Below, piece by piece: positions 13,963 to 25,960 of a stretch of 64,000 nucleotides of DNA. The notes under the pieces were generated by a model. It ran no database searches. It had not been told where the DNA came from and worked only from the letters and a program-made list of their open reading frames with translations. Both the position numbers and the translations under genes were made by a program. Source of the stretch: Eledone cirrhosa (lineage: Eukaryota); assembly GCA_964016885.1 (NCBI GenBank), contig OZ024740.1:141918001-141982000 (forward strand). The letters are read 5' to 3'. Position 1 is the first letter of the stretch; every line of letters starts with the position of its first letter.

Positions 13963-14817
13963 AAGAATTAGAAATAGAAGCCAGGACTATCCATCATCAG
14001 TGATCTACTAACCATCATAGGTATTTCTTCGCATTACAGACCATATACCTCCGGCTAGGGCACTACAATAACTAAATTAAGTTATTGGGATAAAAAGAGT
14101 TGGGTGGAGAAAGAGGGACAAACACGAATGGTAAACAAACACGAATGGTGAGGCAACGTAAAGTGAGGAAAAAAAGAGAAAATCAAGTCAATAATTCATT
14201 TTGAACATAAGAACTTGCGAATATTGACTATTGACGAGAAGGCAAAGACACATCTTAGCCGTGCGGATGTGAGCGAGGAAAGAAAGTAGACTACTGGACT
14301 CTTCACATTGGCTCCTACCCCGCAAGGCGGACTTCTAGCCTATCCTGTTTACCCATGTATATCTTCTTCTTCTTCTTCTTCTTCTTCTTCTTCAAAAATC
14401 CATGAATTTCCTTAGTTGTATGTAATATGCACACACCATAGACAGGTCATTAGACCTTAAATGTAATAACGAAAACTTTAGTATTCTTGCAGTGCTAATG
14501 AGAAACCTGAAATTTTAATATCAAGTCTTTGAACATTTTCTATATATGTATTGGTTTTGGACTTTGATTGTGCAATAGAATTGCTGACTCAGTGCTAATC
14601 TTCGATACTTGAGTTTTACCACAGAGGAGATAGGGTATATCGATTAATTCGCATCCAACTAAGCAAAACCTTTAAGATATACTAAAATATTCCAGATGTT
14701 TCTGTTCTCATTTATTGTATTATAAAGAATTTTCTATAGTTTACGTTAAGAGGCTTTGTTAACGATGGTGGTGAACAGCTCCCATCTACTTTATATTATA
14801 TATAAGTGTGTGTGTGA

Positions 14818-14889
<72 letters not shown>

Positions 14890-14959
14890 ATTTATTTATT
14901 TATTTATTATATATTATATATATATACACATTATACACATATATATATATATATTATAT

Positions 14960-15062
<103 letters not shown>

Positions 15063-15599
15063 GGAGAGAGAGAAAGAGAGCGAGAGAGAGAGAGTGTCCT
15101 CTAAAAAATGCATACACAGTTCAACAATCAAAAGAATGCATTAAAATAAATCCTGCTTTATATGCATTATCCCGCCGAGGTTAACTTTGCCTTTCATCCT
15201 TACGGGGTAGATAAAATAAAGTACCAGTAATACACTGGGATAATTGCTGGCCTTGTGCCAAAAGTAGAAACAATTATTTTGATTATGTAAATAATTTTGG
15301 GTGTTTACATACAATTGATTTATGTCTGTAGTTCTTTTTATTTTGGGGCAAGTTGCGCATTCTAATAAACATTGCCCGCACAGGTAATCAATGTATATAT
15401 ATATATATATATATATATTTCGTTACTTTGGTATTGTGTGTTAGATTTTGCCTACCACGATGTTCAATTTGTCAAGCTATTTAAACGTATGTTATTACTC
15501 TAAGGACCTATCCTTGTCGAGTGCTTTGCTAACTCATTCATATCGTAGGTCGAATTTGCTTGCACACCGCCAAAGATTCGATTTTACTAAGCCTCCAAT

Positions 15600-15695
<96 letters not shown>

Positions 15696-16189
15696 TGTGC
15701 GTGTATGTATTCTGTTAGTTATTGAATATCCAAAGGTGATGCAAGTTGGGAATATGTGAATACCATAAGCTGCTATAAAATATGATCTATTCGCCATAGT
15801 TATTTCACTGCATACAGATTGGGTGTTAATCCATAGATCACAGAAACCAGCAGTATGTAGTTCTTTAAGAGGTCACCGTATTTGCAATAAAGAAACAATG
15901 CATAAAAGAGTGACTAGTAGTGAGAGGGAAAAAATGAAAAGGTGAAAAGCCAAAGAATGGAGAAAGTGACAAAGAAAGTGAAATGGTGATAATTTACGGT
16001 GTGAAGTAGTAGATGTAATTAATTGAGGTTAGCATGTTTATATATATATTAGATATTGAAGGTCTGTAAAACTAAGATTATAGGGATGTCAAAAATAACA
16101 CCAGTAATACGTTCTTAGTACTAGATAAACGCTTCACTGCCGGTCATGAATATATGATGTCTGATCGGAAATCTGTAATTCTATGCGAA

Positions 16190-16440
16190 AAGTCTAAAAT
16201 CTTATTTTACTGGCAAATTCACTAAACATATAATACGAGATTACATGTGGAAAAGACCTGAATCATGCCCACTGGTCCAAGCGTGCAATGTGCATGGTTT
16301 ATGAAGCTGAAGTCACCTCGATCTTGCCAAACAATGAGAAAAGTCAAGACCTACTTGGAAATATCAGAAGGCAAGTTTAAACACCGCTTCCTAAACGAGG
16401 AATATACTTTCAGATACCGGGACAAAAACAAAAATAATAT
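16190..16440 (+). pseudogene. Decayed Penelope-like GIY-YIG endonuclease fragment
   Basis: With frameshifts, reads SCPL..C...VYEAEV....KTYLEISEGKFKHRFLNEEYTFRYRDK. This parallels CPLKGNC..IVYKCNV..SYIGATSNNFKTRFNTHKHSF at 61441-61600. Confidence 0.6.
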
Positions 16441-17664
16441 ATAAATAGCACCTCTCTCAACTCCGATTTCGTTAATCCTTCGTCCCGTGCCATTATATTC
16501 ATTCTTAAACAATGAAAAGTCCCACCCACGCCGGGATAGCACCTCAACCGCCTTGGATGCTCCTATCTCTACAAGTAGTCACGCATTTTCAACATTGAGT
16601 TCAAAGTTATTTTTTCAAACTAGACCAAACCTTACACCCACTCGGGCGCATTGTAATACATCTTTCCGTGATTTTTCCTTACATATGTAGATAAAACTAA
16701 AATCATGTAAGAAATTGAAAAGATCACTAGCAACAAATTTCCAACGAACATATAGGCAAACAGTCGATTTAGAAAAAAGCGTGTGCCCCAAGAAAAAAAA
16801 AAAAAAGATTCCCATCCGGGTATGAGCACCAAATCTACGAATTTAAAGAACACAGTGTTAACTGGTTTAGCCCGTTCTTTAATTATAATGTTATTCAAAA
16901 AAGCATATCCTTTTAAGTTTTCGAAAAACTTACGGATTGAAACAGGAGATAATGGGGCTTATAAAATTAATATTCTACATATAAACATATAGCTGAATAT
17001 AACAGTTGACTGATGTATTAGAGGCTAGTTTGAATAAAAGCACTACGGTTGACTTTACAGAAAAACTAGAAAGAGATAGGATGGAAAATTGAGAGACGTG
17101 GAAAAGCCAGAAATAGAAAGATGGAAAGATAGCCAGAAATATAGAAAGAAAGAAGCGGCGGCTTTTGAGAAATATATAGTAATTGTATCTGAGTGTGCTG
17201 TAAGTGATGTAACATTAAGAGGTAAAATAATTGTAAAGAAGGGTGGAATGAAGTGTAAAGCCATAAACCCGAGTTAAAACACATGAGAGAGAAGAACGAG
17301 GGGAGGAATAGGTCGAATTTGAAATAGAACTAAAAAGTGTCTGTCAAGAAGAGTGTGACACGCTAGATAAATACTGTATACCCTTCTATTGTATGTGTTG
17401 CATACAAATTCAGAATTACAAAAAATATAGAAAACTAAAGAAATAAAGATAACCTTATTTTAAGTCACCAAGTTAAAATAAATGATAAACTCGGTCTTAA
17501 AAGATTCTCACTCTGCAGAAGTCTAGGAATAATTCAACTTTAGTGATGTATCTAAAAGTCATGAAACATAATTACGAAAAAAAAAGAAAAAGGAGATGAA
17601 AAAAACTTGCTATCAGTTAATTGATTTCAGTTGGCAAAAATAAATTGTTTCTACATAACATATT

Positions 17665-17697
17665 TGGCACGCAGGCAACACCGGGTATCACTGCTAG
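17665..17697 (+). mobile_element. Helitron 3' terminus (same family as 6499-7139); 5' extent undefined
   Basis: GCAACACCGGGTATCACTGCTAG|T versus GCAACGCCGGATATCACTGCTAG|T. Confidence 0.6.
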
Positions 17698-17739
17698 TGT
17701 ATACACACAGACACACACACATATATATATATATCTATC

Positions 17740-17785
<46 letters not shown>

Positions 17786-17789
17786 TATA

Positions 17790-17851
<62 letters not shown>

Positions 17852-18644
17852 TGGGTCTGTGTGTATGTATATTTAAATATATATATATTATGGGGATGAT
17901 AAAAGTGGAACAGAAATGGATTTAAGAATTTCTTTTTCTTTAATCCGATAAAGCAACTATTTCTATATTTGCTACATCAAGTAGATTTACATTTTATCCA
18001 ATAGTTTCGACAATTGATTAAGACAAACTTAATAATAATGAATTTACTTTAACAATATGTTAAAGTAAATTCATTATTATTTTAAAAGAATATTTGATAA
18101 AACTTAAATCCACTTGATACACCAAATATAGGAAAAAGTTTGTTGGATTAAAGAAAATTCTTTAAATAGACGTCTGTGCATTTCTATCTTTATTTTTTTT
18201 TTACCTATAATCATCCATTAGTATGGAATTTTGCCCCTGCCTTTGACTTCGGACTTGGGGACACACCCCAATGAGTTGCTAAATTTTATAGTTGGTATTA
18301 GGCCTATAACTACCGTAATCTTCAAACTCCAAGGCGGAGGGCAAATTTTCTAGAGGTATTTTGAGAAAAGAACAGCACCTGCAACGTTGAGAAATACGTG
18401 GTATATATATATATATAAACACATAATCGGAGAAAGCTAATAGCGATACTCCGGGTAAATTCCAACTCACTCAACAAACATTAGGAAATACCTGAGTATA
18501 TTCCTAATATGATTTACCTGGTGACTATTGCCGTTTGGCATTCGACCTCCAACTTCTCTATTTTGAACATGGTCTGAGTGTTTACTTTCGTCCGCTTATA
18601 AAACCAATACTTCTAATGATAAGCTGACAAGAGATTCTTTTATT

Positions 18645-18811
18645 CATTTACTATTTTAAGTCACTAGATTGCAGCCCACTTTGATTTAATCGATCATATC
18701 GACCCCAGTAATTACTTTTTGAAGCCTGGTACATATTTCATTGATCTCTTTCTTTTTTCGAACAGTTAAAATACGGAACATAAATACAAACCTACAGAAA
18801 CGGGAATATAG

Positions 18812-18910
<99 letters not shown>

Positions 18911-19290
18911 AAGGAACGATCCACTTTCGTCAAATCGGACCGAGGAAACAATGTTTCCATTGGTCTTTCCACTTGCTCATACTATCTATCGGTCGCAACT
19001 CCAGGTAGAAGGAGCAACGTGAAATAAAGTGTCGTGCTCAATATATATATATATATATATATATAAATATATAATCTGATAGACGGAACCCCGTGATATA
19101 TGTATGTATGTATATATATATATATACATACATATATGACGGGCTTTTGTGTTTTCCGTCTACCAGATTCCATTCACAAGACATTGGTCTACTCGAACCT
19201 ATAGTAGAAGACACTTGACCAAGGTGGCATTCACAGGAACTAAACCCAGAACTTTGTCGTCACGAAGCGAACTGCTTAACCACACAGCCT
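18645..19290 (-). mobile_element. tRNA-derived CORE-type SINE (family 2) with internal microsatellites
   Basis: Minus strand begins GGCTGTGTGGTTAAGCAGTTCGCTT..GGGTTTAGTTCC (tRNA head), then ACCTTGGTCAAGT (CORE-like). Its 3' part matches 3225-3390. Confidence 0.65.
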
Positions 19291-19329
19291 TTAGATGCCA
19301 TTAATATTAATACAACAAAAATAAAACTA

Positions 19330-19850
19330 AACAAAAGAAAGCAATGGAAAATTACAACTTCACATGTTTAGCAAAATATTCATATAACAATGGAATGAAA
19401 TTTGGCCCGAACAAATGTTCATTTAGTTCGGTTAATCGAATGAAAAGTATAGATCAGTGATATAATAATCCCACTATTTATGGACTTTCAATAACTACAA
19501 CTTCGGACAATGGAAGTTATAAACACCTTGGGATATAAGGAGATAGGGTAATATAGGAATAGAGCAGCATAAAATATCATAACGATATAAATATGGTATG
19601 GAAGCTTTCCTCCAGCATTAAATCAATATTCTTCTACATATTGACAGGAGTATCGGTTACCAATACCAATATGCAGGGAATTTTATTTGTTCGCTTTAAG
19701 ACATATGTTATATGGTTAGAAAACCATGGAATATATTGGCAAATGCGGTAACTTTCATCATAATATTAAACAGTTTATAAGGCAAATCAAAGAGGAAGCC
19801 GTTTCGTACTCGTTCAACTTGATAGATATTGCAACTCAAACTCTCTCAAA
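19330..19850 (+). pseudogene. Highly decayed RT fragment related to the RLE LINE at 56-60 kb
   Basis: Remnants NGMKFGPNKCSF and GSYKHLG parallel IGMEFGQDKWSY and YRYLGI in 58070-59014. Confidence 0.55.
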
Positions 19851-20514
19851 TCTCCTTCAACGGTCTTAAAAAGGAAGGGCACTTTGGACAGTGTGGTGAG
19901 AAATCACTGGATCTTAATCAGGAGTTCACAAAGGCAATACAAGGAGTCAGTGAGCTAAGTTCAAAATTTCAATTTCTTATAATACACATAATATTGGGTA
20001 TCCATTCTTCTCTAAGCATAAACATTTCTTTCTTCTGAATAACAATCTGAGAGGGGAGGCATTTTAGGACAGAGGGAAATTCATTTATATAAAAGGGGTT
20101 CTTTGAAGAGAATAGGTTGGGAAGCAATTTGACTCGAAAGTAGAGTTTTGAAACGCGAATGTATAGGAATCTCAGGAAAAATGGGAAAACGGCGTATGGA
20201 AGCTGTTAGAACAGAAAAATACCGTCGAAACGGTGTTGGGTAAAATATTACCTCGAAGGACAGGTGACCTATTCACTTTCCATTCCATTTTTTTCCTCCT
20301 TCTTATCTTTTCTTCTCTTCCTTCCTTCGAGCCAACTCATATCTAGCCGCTGATTTGTGTCCTTCGATGTAATATTTGATCCAACCCCATTTCGACGGTA
20401 TTTTGCTGTTCTAACAGCTCCCATTTTTCCTTATATATTACCCACTCTACTACCCTAAGTATTGAGTACTTTGGTGCGTTATGGTCCATTTGGTTCCTTA
20501 CCACATTTCCTTCG

Positions 20515-20567
<53 letters not shown>

Positions 20568-20799
20568 ACAAAGGAGTTGTGGTAAGGAACCAGATGGGCC
20601 ATAACGCACCAGAGTACTCAATACTTGGGGTAGTAGAGTGGGTAATAGGAAAAAGTATGACCCAGACGGCAGAACTCAAGCCGTTTCGACGTCTAAACGG
20701 CTTGAGCTCTGCCGTCGGGGTCATACTTTTTCCTATATATATATTTATATATATGAAAAGATTCAGGAACCCAAGGGCTGAGATCCGGCGTTTCGACAG

Positions 20800-23597
20800 C
20801 TAGACCCGAACTCGGATCTGCCAGGCCAGAGACCTCTGTAAGTTATCCATAGGCCCTGGACGGAAAGTTCTCCCGAACAGACAGGTCAGTTCGTCCTCCG
20901 CTTGGTATAGGGCTGTGAGCACATGAAGGCCTCGAGGTGCCAGGCACCCATTTTCGGTCTTCGCTTGACCCAGGACTGCAGCTCTGTTAGTGAGACGAGT
21001 TGTGGAAGAGCTTGTATCACAAACGGCAGTCACACCGGTTCACCGGTCAGGAATACCTGGAGATGCCGTAGCCTCAGCGCGTGTTAGCGCATCATCAACC
21101 ACGGCATTCCCAGCCCTCCGTTAGAAGGGTGTTGACAGCAGATGGATCTCCTCACCAATGGAGCCAGTTTCTTCCAGAGGAACTTGTAGAGTAGGCGTTC
21201 CATTTTGGTAAGGTATTCGCGGGGGAAAGGCACGACTGTCAAGCGGTAGTAGATGACGGACGCTATGTAAGTGTTCGCCACCTCCGCTCAACCTTTCAAG
21301 GAGAGTTTGCACTCAGACCACTTCTGGGTGAGTGCAAACACCTTCGCCGTGACCTCGTTCCAGTTCTTGTCCACCTGGACGTCTGGACCGTACCAGACAC
21401 CGAGCAATTTCACCGGTCCTTCGGTCCAGCGTCCAACGACACTGTCGGAAGGCATGGGTTTGCCTCTCCAAGTGCCGAGTTGCAAACCGACAGACTTGTT
21501 TGGGTTTAGTCTTGCTCCTGTCAACGTTTCGTATTCCTGTAATAGGTTGCCGATTACCCTGATTTCCGAGGTTTTCGACACCATTACGGTTATGTCGTCG
21601 GCATAGGCCAAGACTGCTTTCCGCAGTCCTGGTTCGATCGGGATGCCCTGCAACAGCTCCAACTTCCGCAGTAACGGCTCGAGAGTCAGTACATACAGAA
21701 TAGAGGAGAGAGGGCAACCCTGACGGATGGAACGCATGATTTGGAATGCCTCTGATAGGTAGTCATTCACCTTGACTGCCGGGCATATGCTGGTGTGCAT
21801 GGCAGCTATCCAGCCTCTGAAGACTGGACCGTATTGATGGTCAACCCTATCAAATGCCTTAGACTGATCTAAATTGATCAGAGCCCCACCGAAACCAGGT
21901 TTACACCCTACCCACTCTATGATGTATCGCATGCGGTGGAGGTTGTCGTGTATAGATCTGGTCGGGATTGAGCTTCCCCTACTAGGTTCTCGACGATTGC
22001 TAACACCTTGGTGCTAACACCTTGGCCAAAATCTTTAACTCTGTGTTGAGCTGATTTATGGGCCTGAAATTGCTTATCTCATCCCCCTTGTTCTCATCTT
22101 TCCTGATCAGCGTTACTACGCCTCTGCCTACAGAACTGGGAATCCTCCCGTTCTGTTGCCAGTTGCAGTAGACCGCTTCGAGGACGCCAGAGAACAAGTC
22201 TGGCATGCCTATATAAAACTCATAGGGTAGACCATCTAAACCGGGTGATTTGCGTTTCCCGCAGCGGCCTAGGGCATCTTCTATTTTGCCCGCTGTGATC
22301 GGCCTTTCGCAGCTCTCTGCATCCGTGATCGAGAGTCCCGGTACGCCGTCGAGGTAGGAGCCTCCGTTGACGTACGGCTTTGCCCGAACAGTTGTGCAAA
22401 ATGCTGCTGGAAGGCCGTCCACATCTATTTGGATTCAAGTATAATGCTTCCATCTTTGTCTTGCAAAGACCGACTTGTGGATTTGTTGTCACTTTTCGCC
22501 CCTGCCACTCGGGCCCAGCTAACAGCTTTGTCTCCCTCGATCTTAGAGCACGTGTTCTACTTCTGACAATACAACCTTCGTGTTTCACGTTGAAGAACTG
22601 GTCTAGTGCCGTTCTCGCCGCTAGCACGTCAGCTGTACTGCCATTCCTAAGTGCCTCTTCTACTTTAGCTATCAGTTCCTTTTCAGTTTTTTTTTCTAAA
22701 GCTACTTCCTTGCTAAATGCTATCGATTCTATTCTAATTGCTCTCTTGAGAGAGCTCCACCACCTGTTGTTGGCGATGGCCCCCGTCAACTGGCTCTTAA
22801 CTAAGGTGCTAATCCGTTTACTGTAGGCCTTACGCACCGGGAGTGTCATGTTTAGCTTCCAGTATCCGGGTCCCTGTCTATGTGTTCTATCAAGGTTGTC
22901 TATGCAGGTGACTTATTTATGGTCTGAATAGGCAACCATTTGCATTTGAGGACAGCTTAATGTTTCCTTATCATTCTGTCTAATTAGAAATCTATCTAAA
23001 TACGAGCTAGAAGACCCAGTGTAGTTGCTCCACGTCCACAGTGGTGCACTTGGGAAGTCTAGTCGATATCTATCACCCAGTTGGAATTGGCTGATGAGAT
23101 TTTTGAGACTATTACACCCCCTCTATTATCACAAGCTCCTAAATAGTCCCAACGTGCGTCTAAGATGTCATTCCAGTCTCCCGCTAATACTAAGGAGCGA
23201 GACATTCCCAAGAATGGCTCCAGATGCTTGAAGAACTCTGGTCGCGATGTCCCAGTCGGGGCATATACGGCCACCAGTCTGAAAGCTACACCTTCACTAC
23301 CATTCACGTCCAGGACCACCAGGTTTCTCTCCGGGTCCAAGTGAATCGTCTGTATTTTGAGATCCAGGTTTTTTCGAAACAGAACAGCAACTCCCCTCCA
23401 CCTCCTGGCTGACAGAGAGATGCGTAGATCTCAAAATCATCGAACATGGGGGTTAGCTGCTGCTTGTTGTGAATTCTGGACTCGGTGATGGCTATCACAT
23501 CTATACAATGTGACCTGAGAACATTTAAAAACTGGCCCTGTTTCCAGGGCATACCCATGCCACGTACATTCAAACATCCAACTTGTATAGTGGCCAT
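20800..23597 (-). pseudogene. Element C ORF2 (APE endonuclease + RT), several frameshifts and deletions
   Basis: GCLNVRG, GDWND, KSPGLDG, DQSKAFDRV, RQGCPLS and YADD in separate frames. Confidence 0.93.
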
Positions 23598-23637
23598 GTT
23601 GGTGAAGAAGAGTTAGGGAGAGAAAAGGCATGAACAC

Positions 23638-25493
23638 TTACCTTTTAGTTTCCAGGAGGTCGGGTTGTTCGATCTCCATGTCCAGATTGGGGGTGTTTGG
23701 GGAGGGAGGGAATCCTTTTAGCAGGACTAGCAGGACACAGTCAAGGTTTTTTTGGCAAGGGGACCCCACATCATGTGGGAAGTTCCCTTTTAATGTTTCG
23801 TGTTGTAGGGTTGTTACCCTGATTAGTTTAAGGTTTGGGGGTAGGTCGTTGGTGGGTAAGGTTTTCCCTTCCGTTTGGATTGTGGGGTCCTTTCGGACAG
23901 TTTCTACCAGTTCTGTGTTTCTTGTTTTTATGTATGTGTAGTGTGTTTTGTTTTTTATGTGTACTGTTTCTGTTTGTAGTTTTCTTTTTGTGGTTGAGGT
24001 TTGTGATTGTGGTGGCGTGGCTGTTTGTTTTGTTGATGAAATGTCTGGTTGTGTTGATGGTGATTGTGTTGTTGGTGTGTTTGTCGTTTGTGGCGGTGTG
24101 TTTATGGTGGGGTTGGGTGTGTGCGTGTTTTCTGTAGATTTTTTGCTTTTGTGGTTTTTTTTCTCTCTTTTTTTTTGTTTTTTGGATTTATCGGGTTCCA
24201 CTTCATCCTCACTTGGAGATGTAGAGGTTCCCGTGTCTGAGACTTCTGAATCAGGCGTAGATGGGAGGGGTATGTTGTGTGGTGGGGTGTTTGTGCAGGC
24301 GTTTGTGGAAGTATTTGACAGAGAGCGAGGAGGCAAGGGAGGGTTTTTCAGTGGGATTTTGTGTGTTGTTGTCTCTGGTCTGTGGTGGTGTGGGAGTGGA
24401 TGTTGCAGGTTTTTGTGTTGTGTTTGGTTTGGGGTGTTGATGTTGGGGTTTTGGTGTTGGTAGTAGCACCTTGTTTGTCCTTGGTTTGTTTAAGAGAGTA
24501 CTGAGGTCTTTTCCCCTCCACTAAAATGGAGATAACATCTTCGTCCAGGATGATATAGTCTGGGATTTTTTCTACTCTCTCTGGCTTCATTTGTACCAGA
24601 ACCTCCATGCAGGTTTCAAACCAATTATTCTGGTCTGTCCTGTCTACAGATAGGAGGGTGTCCTCACCCTTCTTCAGGATGCAGCGTAGGATCCACCATA
24701 TTTTGACCTCTGCTGGGATTCTGGTTATTTTTATTTTGTAGGTTCTTCTTCCCATGTATGTGAGGAAGAAGATGTGTTGACCTGTTTTTATTGGCTGCAC
24801 TGAGTGTTTTTGAGCCAGAGTTTCGCTCTTAAAGAGCACCGACACGCTTCCATACTGTTTGGCTCTTTGAAGGTATGTCACGTCTGGCATGATGTCTTTT
24901 AATGCAGCTGCAATAGTGCTTGTTGGAAGTGTTAAGGGTTGTTTTGTAGTAATGTCAACTGTTCTGTAGATCAGATTCTCTTTTGTGTTATTTCTCTTAT
25001 TTGTGGGGGTATGTGTATGTGTGTGGTGTCTCCCTCAAACGTCACGTAGTTGGAAGCTTCTTCTAAATATTGAGAATTTTGTGAAATCCTGTTGCTTAGC
25101 AACGGTTGCTGCAAATGAAATCTTGTTATTGTTATTGTTGTTGTTGGTGGTGATGATGGTCTCATTCGTTGTGTTGTCGCTGATTCCTTTTGTTGTATTG
25201 TTGTTGTTGTTCTCATTTATTGTGTTGTTGTTGATGGTGGTGGTGGTGTTAGTGTTTGCTACACATTCTTCCTTCTGTGTGTGGGTACATGTGACGTTTG
25301 TGACGTCAAGCGTGTTCAGTTGCTTACAAGCAGCTGAAGAAGCAACTGAAGCTTGTTCCTCTTCTAAATATTGAGGCGATAATGTTGGCATTCCTTTGTT
25401 CTTGTATGCTACTATCTGCTGGTCAAGTAGACATGGCTTTCCCTTCCCATCTTCTTGTATTGACACGGAAGAAAGAGCCTTCGCTTTGCCCAT
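23638..25493 (-). pseudogene. Element C ORF1 (gag-like), frameshifted, zinc knuckle missing
   Basis: Shares YGS.S, YMGRRT, VQMKPER and VEG.RP with ORF1 of A and B; ends DMEIEQPDLLETKR-stop. Confidence 0.85.
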
Positions 25494-25709
25494 TTAAAAA
25501 AAAATTGAAGTGTTTTGCAAAAAGTTTTCGAAAATATGTTGGATGTTTTTGCCGTGAGGGGCACGATATTTTGGGAGACTGACCAGATCAAAATTTGACC
25601 TGTCAGTCCTTCTATAAATTGGTGTAAAAATAAAAGTTCACAATGACGAATTTCTAAAGAAATTTAAACAAAACTTACCGAGCAAATTTAACACATGTGT
25701 CCATCCCAG

Positions 25710-25711
<2 letters not shown>

Positions 25712-25746
<35 letters not shown>
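25712..25746. repeat. (GATA)n at the B/C junction
   Basis: Seen directly. Confidence 0.97.
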
Positions 25747-25960
25747 TTCTTTATTTACCATAAAGGCATAAAAAGAAGGGACAAATACAAAGGGGGAGTT
25801 TACATATAATCGAGTAAAAAGGGTGTAACATGAAAATAATCGAAAATAACCTCAAAAGGGAGGGGACGTGATGGGGGTTGCACACCCCCCCGAAAAAGTG
25901 TGCAATCCTTTGCCCGGGGAGCACATGGAGAAGGTGCTCCCCTCTCCTTTACTTCATTAC

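Larger units (their letters stand above)
20800..25711 (-). mobile_element. L1/Tx1-clade LINE element C: intact 5' end, decayed, 3'-truncated
   Basis: 5' end TTCTGGGATGGACAC abuts (TATC)n. ORF1 pieces 25035-25493, 24348-24890 and 23638-24336; ORF2 pieces from 23597 down to 20800 with APE and RT motifs. Confidence 0.95.
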
